A DNA stretch of 64,000 nucleotides from the human T2T-CHM13v2.0 reference genome, Homo sapiens, in the NCBI RefSeq assembly GCF_009914755.1, contig NC_060941.1; one strand, 5' to 3'. Made by a program: the position numbers and the translations under genes. Positions 29,448 to 43,976 of the stretch are shown here, in pieces. Within the stretch, counting starts at the first letter, position 1. Each line of letters begins with the position of its first letter. Under the pieces are notes generated by a model. The model searched no databases. It was given only the letters and a program-made list of their open reading frames with translations, and was not told where the DNA came from.

Positions 29448-30744
29448 CAGGGTAGGATTTTTGACGGGGGAGGAGTTAGGGACCTGCGACCTGGTGCCTG
29501 TGGACAACTTGTCCTAACCCAGGTGATGGCAACAGAGTTCCCAGACACTCTGTCCATCTGGAGCCTGGGCTCATTGGAGGGTTGGAGGTGGGGGCTGGGG
29601 CCTGGCCCCATCCTTGCCCATCCTGGCCAGAGGGAGCAAATGCTTTGCCTTCCCCTCCCCTCAATGTTGCAAGCTTCTTCCTCTTTCTTAGAGGTGGGTG
29701 GGGAAGGCTTCCCATCCTGGTAACCTTCTCCCCAAATGTGGGTGGGGTGCCCACATTTCAGGCAAGTGTAGCCTTCTTCGGCTTTCTCCACCCAGGTTAG
29801 GCAATGCCCCCTTCCTGCCCCCTCCCTCTGTGAGCCTTTTGGTTTCCCTGCCCCTCCCCTCTCCCTAGTAAACAACAACAACTTCTCTCCCTGCCCAGAC
29901 CCTTAGCTTCTGAGCTTCTCACTGACCTTCCTCTTCTCTGGGACAAGGTGTGGCCATGGGTCTGAGGGAGCCTGGCATCTCCCTCCTTCTGCAGAGCCAG
30001 GGCTGCCTGGTGGACAGAGCTCCTGAGCTCTGAGTAGGAAAGCATGGCAGATAAAATTATCACATGCCTGGCCTCAGAGATGGAGGCAGTTTAGCCTTCC
30101 CTGCTTGCCTGGCCTTAGGGCTGGTGCTGAGGGTGAGGCAGTTCCCAGGAGAGGTGGCAATCCATGGTCCTCCATTCCTGCAGGAGCAGTGGTATGCCCC
30201 AGTCTGCCCATACCCTTTTTGTAGGAATTCTTGCTGATGAGGCTTCCTACTCCCATTCCCCATCCAACAAAGGTGTTGGGTCCCTCCTCCCCCTCATCCC
30301 TTTCCCCAGGTGGGGAGGAGGCAGCACATTAGGTGGCCTGGGTGCGCCCTTCAGAGACCTAGTAGCCTATGGGACCAACAGAAACCCTCTCCAGGTCACT
30401 GTGGGGAGGGCTGTGTATTTGTTCTGCTACAGCCAGGGTGGGAGCCCTAGAGATGGTCCGGCGATTCTCCCCGCCCCCTAAACTGGCCCCTGGGGCTTGG
30501 TCTCTGAAGACTGGTGTTTACTGTGGAGGTCTCAGATTCTGTGTGCACTACGGGTCAGGGCTGTGTGTGTTTTGGGGGTGGGGTCACGGTTGGGTGTGTG
30601 TTGGGAAGGGGATTAATGACTTGTGTGTATTGGGTGAGAGGGTTAGAGAGCTGAGTGTGTTTTGGGGGAATTAAATCCAGAGCTAAGGAGGGAGAGTCAG
30701 CCTGTCTGTGTGTTGGTGTTGGGGCTGGGAGGGGGAGTGACTTA

Positions 30745-32525
<1,781 letters not shown>

Positions 32526-32549
32526 TAGGTGGGAGCTGGAGAGAATGGG

Positions 32550-32730
32550 ATGCTAACATCTATAGAGCACCTACTGTGTGTCAGGGGCTTTGTCTGTGTT
32601 TTACAAATTTTAATCCCTGCAATCCTGGAAGAGGGACATTATCCCCACTTACACAGAGGACACAGTGCTGGGGGAGGTTAAAGTACTGCAGAATCATGAC
32701 TGTAGGATTGTAAAGCTGGGCTGTTTTCCA
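32550..32730 (-). mobile_element. MIR fragment
   Basis: GAGCACCTACTGTGTGTCAGG...ATTATCCCCACTTACACAGAGGA. Confidence 0.7.
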
Positions 32731-33400
32731 CCATCTACATAGGCAGCTTTGAGAGTGGATTGTGGGGCACACTCTTGGGTGTGGGAAGTGTGGGGGGTGG
32801 GGCTTAGTGCTGACTGAAACCCCCTTCCCCACTGTAGAGGCCCTTTCTCTGCCTTAGAACCTACCTTTCCCCGGTAGGGGGTGTAGGGAAGGCCCAAGCC
32901 ATACCCCCTCCTCTCTGTTTTGGATCCTGAAGGCTGGAGAGAAAGAAAGATAAGGGGCCTGGGCCAGATCTCCATCCTGTCCTGGAAGCTGTGGATACAA
33001 TCTGTTCACACCATCCCCACCCCCAAATCTGCCCGCTGTAGCCCACGGGAGTTTGCAGAACTCAGCGGGCACCCTCCCCCCGATCTCCAGACACTGAAGG
33101 AACAGAATGTAAAAGCCACAGTTCTTATTCTTAATTTGTTTCAATTTGTGGATGGAGGCAAAGAAGTTGCAAGCCATCAACAGAGGAGCCGGGGATGGGA
33201 GCCCCAAAAGGGTGGCTGCATGTTTGCTTCGTGTGCCTAGAGACTGGGGAATGCCCGAGGGTCTGGGTGAGCCCCAGCAGAAGGCAGAAAGGAGGAGGTT
33301 GTGTCCTTCCCTTCTTCCTATCCTCTGCCACTTCCTCGCTGTTGCAGTCTGTGCATACTGCCTCCTTCCCTGCTTCCCACTCTTTCCCTGGACAATAGGA

Positions 33401-33454
33401 GGGACAGCTCAGGCGGAGGGACAGCCCAGGCAGAGGGACAGCCCAGGTGGAGGG
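33401..33454. repeat. 17-bp minisatellite x3 (GGGACAGCYCAGGYRGA)
   Basis: Units at 33401, 33418 and 33435. Confidence 0.85.
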
Positions 33455-34071
33455 AGTGCTGCCTAGCAATGCCTTTCTTGGAGTCCGAAATGTAGAGTCA
33501 GACAAAAGAACATGACATGGAGTTTTTAATGAAAATGGGGTCCCTCACCTTTTATCTCCCAGCAAGGATAATGCACAGGTTCCCTCTGGACAAGATCCCA
33601 GCATAGACGCGGGGAGGGAACTCAGGGAAGGAAGCCCGTCTTCCTTTTAGGTGGGTCAGGGCCGAGGTATTGTGTCTACCCCATGCCAAGGGATGTGTTG
33701 CTTATGGGGCTGTACCAGTGCAGGCCTGCCTGCCCTTTGAGGGAGTAGTGTCTGTGGGAAGAGGAAGTGGTTTCCATCTCTAAGTCATTTTGGGGCAGTG
33801 CCTTCTTCCTCCTCCTCCTCTGTGGAGTTGGGGCACAGCGAGGGATTGGGCCTCCCAGGGTTGACTGGAGGCCACTCAACCTTTGGCTGTCAGAAATAGA
33901 GGTGCTCCCCTCCCCATTTTGACTTCTGGGTTGCTGGAAACCTCAACCAGCCCACAGACCAAGGGCCTTCCATGGGCAGGAGTCTTAAAGGACAGTTCTT
34001 CCTGTGTGGCCTTGGGCAGGTCACCCAAGCTCTCTCCAAATCTGTTTCCTCCTCCTTAAAGCAAGACTTCT

Positions 34072-35096
<1,025 letters not shown>

Positions 35097-35649
35097 CTAT
35101 CTATCCTTCAAGGAACATCTTGAATGCCGCCTCTTCCCAGAAATCTTCACAGATGTTCCCCCTTGCTTGCCACACTCTGCCTCCCTACTTAGAATGCCTG
35201 TGGGTCCTTATTTATTTTTTAACAACACTCATCTCGCTACCCAGAAGTTGCTTCTCCCCTGTTCCTGCCATGAGCTGTAACCATTTGGGACATCTTTTCC
35301 TGACCACAAGGTCTTTGATGGCAGGGACAGAGTCTCAGGTCCCTTAGCGCCTTGCAGCTGTGAGCGCAGAGCCTTGCTCCATCATTTGAAAGATCCCGAA
35401 GGCATGGAAGCACTCTGTCCTCTTCGCCATTAGTCTCATCCACTGTCAAGATTTGCATACCTGCCCCCAGACCCCAGCATTCCATCTGTAGCCCTGACTG
35501 CACTTCAGGGCCCCACATCCACCTGTCCAGCAGCCCAGTGGACTTCTCTGCTTTGCAGTCTCAGGAACTTCACTGATGCATAAGTCACACACAAGTCTCT
35601 TTGCTACCTCTTTTCCCATACCCCTTACCCCCACCCCCCCACGTTATTT

Positions 35650-36330
35650 GTACCTTTAAAATGTTTATTGAATCCACCTTCCTCTGTCCATCAGCACTTC
35701 CAGTTTCCTAGGCCAAGCCACCCTTGTCTGATGCCTGGACTGCTGCAGTAGCTTTTACCTGGTCTCTCTTGCCCTCCTATAATCCATTCTTCACACAACT
35801 ACTGGAAAGATCTTTTTACACTGTAAATCTGATCTTTCCTTTGCTTGGAACCTTTCTATGGCTTTTCCTTGCATTTAGGATAAAATCCAAAAGCCTTACT
35901 GAGGCCTATAAGCCCCCCTGGTCTGGCCTGAGCCCACCTCTCTAGCCTGGTCTTGTGTACCTTTTCCTTTTGAATTTTGTGCCCCATGATTCTAGCCTTC
36001 TGCCAGTTCCTACAATGAACTCATCAACTGCTGTAACCCCAGGGCCTTTGCACAGACTCGCCCTTTAACTGGAACTACACTCCTTTCTACTCTTTGCCTG
36101 ATTAACTTACAAACTTTCTCTTATGGTAGGTCTGTTTTATTTGAGTTCTTCCCTAATTTAGTTAAACCTAAATTAGGTACCTATGTTAATTCTTCAGAGC
36201 ATAATAGCATTTATCTCAGTTTGCAATTGTGTGTGCATACAGTGATTATTTGCTTAATGGCTGTTGCTCCCTAAGGTCTACAAGGGCAGGTTCCCCAGGG
36301 TGTCCACATAGAAGGTGCTCAGAAAAATAC
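35650..36330 (+). mobile_element. L2 fragment(s)
   Basis: CCTGGACTGCTGCAGTAGC...AGGATAAAATCCAAA...CAGGGCCTTTGCAC L2 3' motifs; a further L2-like piece at ~35030-35370. Confidence 0.75.
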
Positions 36331-36339
36331 CTTGAATTG

Positions 36340-36520
36340 GCCTAGCTTGGTAAGAACATGGGCTTTGGCAGCAGGAAGTTCAAATACCTGCTCTACTCTT
36401 TATTATTAGTAATGTGATCTTGGACAACCCACATAGCCTTGCTGAGACCTGTTTTATTTGTAAAACATCTCTTGGAGTTGCTGTGAGGATAAAATGACAA
36501 CATATATAAAGAGCCAGGCT
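36340..36520 (+). mobile_element. MIR
   Basis: GTAAGAACATGGGCTTTGG...GTTCAAATACCTGCTCT...GTTGCTGTGAGGATAAAATGA. Confidence 0.75.
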
Positions 36521-37164
36521 TCTTCTAGAAGAATGTCCTTGGGTAGCATGTACATTTCCATCCTTCCTTTTAGAGAGTGGGGGTAATAGGATACCCCCTC
36601 CTCCAGGGGTATCCCCTCTTTCTAGGGACCTACCCAAGCTAGGCCTTTCTTCCAGTGAAACGTGCATCCCGAGGGCTTCTAGGATGAAGTAGTCCACTGG
36701 AAGGCACCAGCTCTTCCTTTTATCTCTCCAGAGCTGGACAGTGCACCAGGGGCCGGTACTGGTTCCCCAGCTAGGAGACACCTTGGGCGGGGCTTTGCTC
36801 GCCGGAAGCACGCAGAGCGTGGGGAGGAGGGCCCCCTCTGCCTGTGTTTGTGCCAACAGCACCCGCGCTGCCGCGTCGGGTTCCGGCGGCCGGAGTCACA
36901 CATGATGTCACAGACAATGACACAAGCCGGTGTCTCATTCCGACACAGCGTCCGAGCTGCACAATGTCACACCCGGGTGCCAAACACTTGGCCCCGCGCG
37001 ACCCGGCCCTACGCCTCCTGCCGCCGCTCTCCGCGTCTCCGGGGGAGGTGGCCCGGTTCGGCCGGGCAGGGGGCTGGCGGGCGAGCCCCGCGGGCGGGCT
37101 GGCGAGCGGGTGATGTCACGGGCAGCGGTGGGTGGGTCACTCGGAGGTGAGGCGCCGCCAGGCG

Positions 37165-37181
37165 AGTTCAGCGAGAGTTCA
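37165..37181 (+). promoter_or_regulatory. DR5 retinoic acid response element AGTTCAgcgagAGTTCA
   Basis: Perfect DR5 of AGTTCA half-sites; the known RARalpha2 autoregulatory RARE. Confidence 0.95.
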
Positions 37182-38216
37182 GCCGCATTGCATTAGGCAA
37201 ATGAGGCCCGGCCTGGGTGGGGGTGTGTGTTAAGGGGAGGACACCGGGACCACCCCCCTCTTCCCCGCCCCACCACCTCCTCCACCACGGCTTCGCTCGG
37301 CCAGGGACTGACCAAACCTTGGGGGAGCCTGGGAGCCGGAACTGGTACAAGGGAGGACGCCCGCCCCTCTTCCGTCCTTGTCCCCTCGCAGCCCCCTCCT
37401 CTCCCTGTACTCGGCGTCCCTCTGTACTCTGTGTACTCCTCATCTGGAGCCTTTCCCCCTTCCTGCTTCTCTCCTCTCCTCCCCCTTCCCAGGCTGCCCC
37501 CACTTGCCTGTCCACATGCCGCCTCTCCCTCTCGGTTCCCTGCGTTTCTCCCGCTGCAGCCGGACGCGCCGGGAATGGGTTAAGCCAGGGGCGGTGCCTG
37601 GACGGGGCGGGGCGGTGGAAAGGGGGTGGTGCCCGGAGGGGAGGGGGCGCGCAGAGCTGGGGTGGGGGGGCCGTGGCGCGTACCACCAGAGACCGAGCGA
37701 GTCGCCAGCTGCCCCTGGCCTGGCGGGGGCGGAACCGCGCGGGATCCCCACCCCCACCCGGAATCCTCGCCACGGAGAATCCCTGGAGAAGCCCCGGATC
37801 CCCGGCTGGGAGGAGGAAGTGCTCGTTGACCCCCAGCCCCGCGCTGATCCCGCCCCCGGCCTGCGGACTTGGGGAGCCGCTGTACTCTGCCTCGGACGCC
37901 ACGAGACTCTAGACGGGAGTCCCCTCGAGGTGAAGCCGCTGAGTTCCCGGGCCCCGCCAGGCTTCCCTGGGAGAGCCGACGGACCCCCCCTCCCAGCACA
38001 CACAACTTCCCTGCTTTTCACCGGGACTGGCGGAGCGGCCGGCGGACTTAGACGCGGGGACTTCAGGGCAGGGGGCGCCCCCTGCCCGGGTCACCAGTCG
38101 GGGCGAGGGGACGTCTCCTCTCCCCCAGCTGCTCTGCTCGGATGGCGCCGCCGGCTGAGTGACGGGGGCGGCGCGCAGGACTTCCCAGCTCGGACCTCTT
38201 GCCTTCGAGGGGAAAG

Positions 38217-38379
38217 ATGTACGAGAGTGTAGAAGTGGGGGGTCCCACCCCTAATCCCTTCCTAGTGGTGGATTTTTATAACCAGAACCGGGCCTGTTTG
38301 CTCCCAGAGAAGGGGCTCCCCGCCCCGGGTCCGTACTCCACCCCGCTCCGGACTCCGCTTTGGAATGGCTCAAACCACT
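38217..38379 (+). CDS. RARA: RARalpha2 first coding exon (MYESVEVGGPTPNPFLVVDFYNQNRAC...)
   Basis: Recognised alpha2 N-terminus; 163 nt, phase-1 donor ACT|GTACGT; gives a 457-aa isoform. Confidence 0.96.
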
Positions 38380-40649
38380 GTACGTACCGGCCTCTCAGTC
38401 TGCTGTTGTAGGGGGTGGGAGTGGGCGGTAGGGCTTCCACTACTACTCGGGGGTGAGAGTCCCGGGGTGTAGTGGAGGTCCTGTCTCTACCTTTCACTTA
38501 ACCCGTGTTGCCCTTGCTGGACAATTGAACCCTCCCGGCCGCACCCTCCCCCCAGTAACCCTAAGTGCAATTTGTGTTAGATTAGGGCTGAGGAACTTTG
38601 AGAGTTCCTTCTTTCAAGCAACATTCCTTCATCTCTTGTTTCACTTCTTCCAGGAGAAATGAAGCCCAAGCCCCTTGCCCCCAGTTTATATCTTCTTGCC
38701 TGGAATCCAACAGCTTCACAGCAGGCTGGAGGGTGGGGTAAAGGTCCTGTCTGTGTGGGTTTGTCTGCTCCCGGGGGAAGGCCCCCCCGCCAGATCCCAC
38801 TTGCCAAAGCCCGAGGGAGAGCCCCTTCCTGTGCGACAGCTGCTGCCCCCAGCCCTTGCTCTTGCGTCATTAGAGTGGGTGTCAGGGGAGCACTCAGTGT
38901 CTTTGGTATTGACAGTGGGGTGTGGCAGAAAGGGGCAACTTCATCAGACACCCGTCTGCCATCCTAACCTTCCATCTTGGCAAGGGGCACTGGGTCCTTA
39001 TGGGGTTGTTGTCCTGGCCCCAGACACTTGGCTGTCATCTTTGAGGCTTTCATCCCCAGGAGTGGAGGGGAGAAGCTGCTCTGGTGAGAAGAATCCCTCT
39101 CCCCCTAATCCTAATCCGGTTTGTTCTCTGGGGAATGAGTTTGTTTTTGTGGGTCTGGGGCTGCTCTGGAAATGAGGACTGCATCCCTTCCCAGCTCCGC
39201 CACCGAGTCCTTTTGTTACCCTGACTTCACTTGGGGATAGGGCCAGGTCCTGGGCTGTGCCTTCCTAAGAGGGGCACTGATGAGAATCCTAGCATCCTGG
39301 CAGCCTGGTCACTTTCTCTCCTTGTTGCCCCCTGCCTGGGTGCAGGCTCCTCTGGGAGGAAGGGCTCTGTGCACACTCAGGAGCTCGGAGCACCAGGGTG
39401 TACACCTGGGCATTTTCCTGCGCAGCTGTGAGGCAGTGTACACTGGGTGGGCGGGAGCAGGCGCAAGGGGGTTATTGTTAGATGGCTCAGGTTTCTTCCC
39501 CTCCTGGGCTTTGGGCTCTTTGCTGGAGGGGAAGCTCTTCCGTGGAGGATCTCCCACCTTCCTGGACCTGCTGCCTCCCTCCTGCCTGCCAGGGAGGAGG
39601 GGTGGAGTGGGTCTCGGGGGGGCCCTGGCAGATTGGAGAAGGTTGAAGGGCAAAGGACTTACCCCACCCCTCTTGCTGGGAGAAGAGAGACCTGAGATGG
39701 ACAGACAGCCCACCTCTGCCCTCCCAGAGCCACTTCTATCCCAGCTTTTCCTATTGTCCTGCCCCCGACCATTTCCTCTAGGGCCGAATCTGCTGTGTGG
39801 CTGTAGACACAAGAGGGAAGGTATCACCCTTGACTTTGGAAGAAGAGAGAGTGAGAGGATGACTCTAGGACCCTTTTTCTCATTCTCCCAGTGCTGGAGC
39901 AAGACCCCCCTCCCCTAGGGGGATAGTTGGAGCAGGGCTGCCAGAGTCACCCCTTCCACTGCCTTGGCCACCTTCTCCAGAGGGCTGGAGAGAAGCTGGG
40001 ATCTGAGACCTTGGTCTCCAGCCCCTGTCTCTTCTTAGCCCATGGGGACAGCTCAGCTCTTCCTGGCCCAGAACTGGAGAGGGAGGAGGATCACAGAGAG
40101 TAGGACAGGCAGTGTATTGGTGAGCCCTTCCCCTAAACCACTGGACATGGGGAAGTGGAGACCTGTCCCCACACCCATTCTGGGGTGCGGTAGTAGACCT
40201 AGAGGCCTGGGTTTCCAGTTCCCGTAGTCTGAGCGTGGGTGTGCATATATAAGTGAGTGAGGTGTCAGTGGACTCGGGTCCTGAGGCTGTGAGGTTGGGA
40301 GTGATGGGGGTCTGGGGGCTTGCCTTGAGGCACAGGAAGGACCCGGAGTCTGAGGGTGGCAACTAGACTCAGTCTAGAATATGTGGGGCCAATGCCACCA
40401 CCTTGGAAGGGTCCCCTTGGGTGTGTGGAAGTCCGCTGGTGACTGGAGCTGCCTCCAGCCCCCTCTTGGGGAATTCTCCACTCTCCCCTTTACTGCCACT
40501 GAAGGTGGGAAGAGCAGGTTGGCTCTGGGAGGAGGTGGCCTGGGTTCTGCAGGGCCCTAGGGACATTGCCTCCCTCCCCAGAGCCCTCATTTCGGTGCAT
40601 TAGAGGACAAGGGGGGTGCACAGGATGTGGCTCCCCATCTGTCTCCCAC

Positions 40650-41120
40650 CAATCTCCGCCACTCACACCTCCGCCCGCTCCCAGACGTCCAAGAATGTGA
40701 AGCACGTGGATGCCCGTAGTTGGGGGAGGGGGAGACGCTTATCAGGCGGCCGCTGGGCTAGGGGCCTTCTTCCGCTGCCGCGGTACACCCAGAGCTACCC
40801 CCGCCTCTCCCCGGGAGGAGGAAGGACGGTACAGAGGGCCCTACGCCCCCTCCCCAACCATCCCCAGGGGCTGCGAGGGGAGCTGCGGAGGAGCGGGCGC
40901 CAGCTGGATTGGGAGGGGAGCCGCTGGCCGGGGGCCCGGCTGATTTCCTGCTGATCTCCTCCAGGAAACCGGCCCCTTGTGCGAGCCTGCGAACGGCTCG
41001 GGGGCGTGGGGAATCCGGAGTGGAGCGCTCTGCGCCGCCCGCCCTGCCAGGATGGGGAGCGAGGGAGGGGCACCCTGGCAGCGTCGGCGGGAGGGGACGC
41101 CTGGCTTCCTGGGTCAGTTC
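40650..41120. promoter_or_regulatory. Third CpG island in intron 2
   Basis: CpG-dense; E-box CACGTG 40703-40708, GATA CTTATC ~40738, GC boxes. Confidence 0.7.
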
Positions 41121-43827
41121 CAGTCCTCTGTTGGGCGCTGGAACTTTGAGCTGAGAAGGTGTGGTCCTTCTCTAGCCCGAGTCCTTCTGCAGGAAGAGGA
41201 GAGATTGGTGGGCTGGGCCTCTGGGGAGGGAGGTTAGCAGGGATGGGCCAGGCCCGGGCAGTCCCTCCCCCGTTGGTGTCCCTCCCCACTCCACCTGTGT
41301 GTGCAGGGAGTTATGGCCGTGTCCTAACTCTTGCAGAGGCTGTGAGGATTCCGGAGTTCCCCACACCTCCGGCCTTGGTCCTTGTACCTCACCTCCTTGG
41401 ACTGCTGGCTGGAGGCCTGGGGAGGTGGGGCATCGAGCTCTGGGTTCAAAGGGCAGAGCAGGGAAACCTCAGAGCTGGGTTACCTGGGTGACAGGTGGGG
41501 ATGTGCTGGAGGTAGGGGGCAGGCTATGTTACAGCCTCCAAGGCAGTCAAGCTGCCGTTGGGTGGGCTAAAAGGAGGCCTTGCCCAGCCTAAACTGTAGT
41601 CCTTGCCTCTGGTCATCTCTCCCATTCTGCCAAAAAATAATTTTAAAAAGCACATTCTCTCAGTTCCGTAAACACCCTCTGTTGGACTTTGCTTTAGCTC
41701 CATGTTTTTATGGCTTTTTGCCCTCTAGTCTGTCCCAGGCCTTAGAGCTGTTTACCTCTCATCCTGGTATCCCCCATGACTCCCCATACCCTAGCTCCCC
41801 TCGTGACATCCCGCTCTGTACCCCCAAAGCTCCCTCAGTCCTTTCTCCCTCTCCAGTCTGGTTCATTTTAGAAGTGGGGCCTTGGGAGAGGCGGGGCCCA
41901 GGGCAAACGGTGGATTAGGAGGGGTGGGGAGGTCAGTGCCTTCTTCCTCTGCTTGTCGGAATGCTGACCAAGATTCTAGGCCATGGTCCCCCCAACCCTC
42001 CACATACCCCCTTGCCCTTGATCTCCCCTCCCCCCACCAGTCTGGATTGTCTATTGTTACTGCTTTTACGTCTTGGAAAAAGTTAGCACAACAAAGGGCT
42101 GCTTTGTGGCTCACCCCCTCTGCCTCCTGGCCTCACCCAGGCCCCCCAACCCCGCCCCCCCAGCAGCTGTTCTCAGGCCTCTCAGCCTGTCTGATTTGCT
42201 TGTCTGGCCTGGGGAGAATGAGGTGGGAGAAAACCAGGCCAGGGCAGTTGGTGTTGGAGTGAAGAGCAGACGGCGGTGGGGAGGTCAGGAGAGAATCTGC
42301 TGGGCTGGGGATGGTGTGGGCATCAACTGTCCCATTGCTGCAGGCTGGTCTTGGGGCAGGGAAGGGGATGGGGGGCCATAGCAGTGCTGGTCAGCCAGGC
42401 TGGCCTGGGAAGTGGTGCCCAGGCACTACTAAGAGCCAGGAAAGCCCTGCCAAGGTTGTTGGCCTAGTTCCCTGTCATCAGCCGCCTAGCAGCCCCCACT
42501 GTGTCTGCAGGTAAGGGGGGAGGGTGGTAGCACATAGTCAGCCCCTGGTGTTCCCATGCTTCCTTCCTCTGTGCCCCAATTTTAGGGCCATGTGATTTGG
42601 GGCTATGTGACTCATGTCTGTAAGGTGCTTGGGCCAGGAGCTGTGGGCACCTTTAAATGCCAGCCAGTCTCATGTGCCGGAGTTTGGGGTAGGGCTAGGT
42701 AGGATTGTGGAATATGGGAGGAGGCAGGGATCTGTCTACCTAGGGAGGCATCCTCATCCATCCTTGGCCCTGGACAAGAGAACTTGAACGTTGGTAGGGG
42801 CCTCAGGACGATGCTGCGTGGCCCCTTGGGAATCTGGGATTGTCCTGGTCATAGTTCTTATCTTGCACCCAACACCCTTAGCTGCCCAGGCTTTGGACAT
42901 GGATAGCCCCTACCCAACCCAGCCCTGTTCTGCCTACAGTGATGGGCATGGAGCCAGACACTGGGGAGGATTTGGCCAGTGAGGGCTGCCCCTGCTGTCT
43001 GGGTCACCCCTCCTGGCTGCCCTCTTGGAGCTGAATAACAGAAGGGGAGGGGTTAGTAACCCGGACATAGTATTGAGGCCAGACAGACAGAGCATTGATG
43101 GGAACAGACCCCCTTTGTCATGCCATCTCTCCCCAGATGGGGGGTACCCAGAATAATGGGCTTTTGGGGCCCTGGGGACTCTTCTCCCTGTATTCAGGGT
43201 ATCTCCCCCTATCTCAGGGAGACACCTCCTACTGTGCCCAGCATTTGTGACTCTTCTTTGCACCCCCTGCCTTGGGTCCCTGGCCCTGGGATTGTTTGGG
43301 TGGAGGAGGGGCAGTGGCTGCTGGCAGAATGGGGTGGAGGGGGGAGCGGAAGCAGAGGGGGCGGGGGAGTGGCCGGCTTTGAATATCCTGTTGACCCCAG
43401 TTTCCTCTGCCCCCAGCTTATGTCCTCTTCCCTCCCTCCTCTTCAAGCGTTAACTCCTTCCTAACTCGGGGGGAGAACGGGGCCAGGCCGCCCAGGGGCA
43501 AGAGCTTTAGAATCAGGGTGACCCCCACCCCTACTCCCCAAGCACAGTCACGGCACACATACAAATGTGATGGTTTATCATTGTATCTTTGTGGTTTTGA
43601 AGGTGGGGGTCCTAGGAGTCCAGAGGAGTGATGGGGTGCTGGAGGCTTCATTGGCAGCCTCCTGCCCTGAGTCTGGCTGGGGAGTCCCAGTTTTCTTAAG
43701 ACTTGAATCCTGCCAGCAGTGGTGAGGCTGGGAGAGGCTCTTAGGAGGGACGGTGAGGCAGGGTGGAGCTTGGTACTAAGGATGGCGACCTAGGTCTCTA
43801 ACTGCCCCTCCCCTCTTCTCTCTCTAG

Positions 43828-43976
43828 CCATTGAGACCCAGAGCAGCAGTTCTGAAGAGATAGTGCCCAGCCCTCCCTCGCCACCCCCTCTACCCCGCAT
43901 CTACAAGCCTTGCTTTGTCTGTCAGGACAAGTCCTCAGGCTACCACTATGGGGTCAGCGCCTGTGAGGGCTGCAAG
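43828..43976 (+). CDS. RARA: RARA exon 3 (B region and zinc finger 1, [10 protein letters not shown]...[22 protein letters not shown])
   Basis: Acceptor TCTCTAG|CC, donor AAG|GTGAGT, 149 nt; nuclear receptor P-box CEGCK. Confidence 0.98.

Larger units (their letters stand above)
36780..38460. promoter_or_regulatory. RARA: RARA P2 CpG island/promoter (RARalpha2)
   Basis: Dense CpG, GC boxes, DR5 RARE, leads into the alpha2-specific exon. Confidence 0.9.
36378..38650 (-). ncRNA. RARA-AS1: RARA antisense lncRNA region (boundaries approximate)
   Basis: Established antisense transcript at the P2 CpG island; minus-strand AATAAA at 36399-36404 and 36453-36458; exon structure not derivable from sequence. 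Confidence 0.45.

Noticed and set aside
37168-38021. Multiple long ORFs on both strands in the P2 island
   Set aside because: Stop-codon depletion in a CpG island; only the ATG-initiated overlapping uORF was kept as a lead
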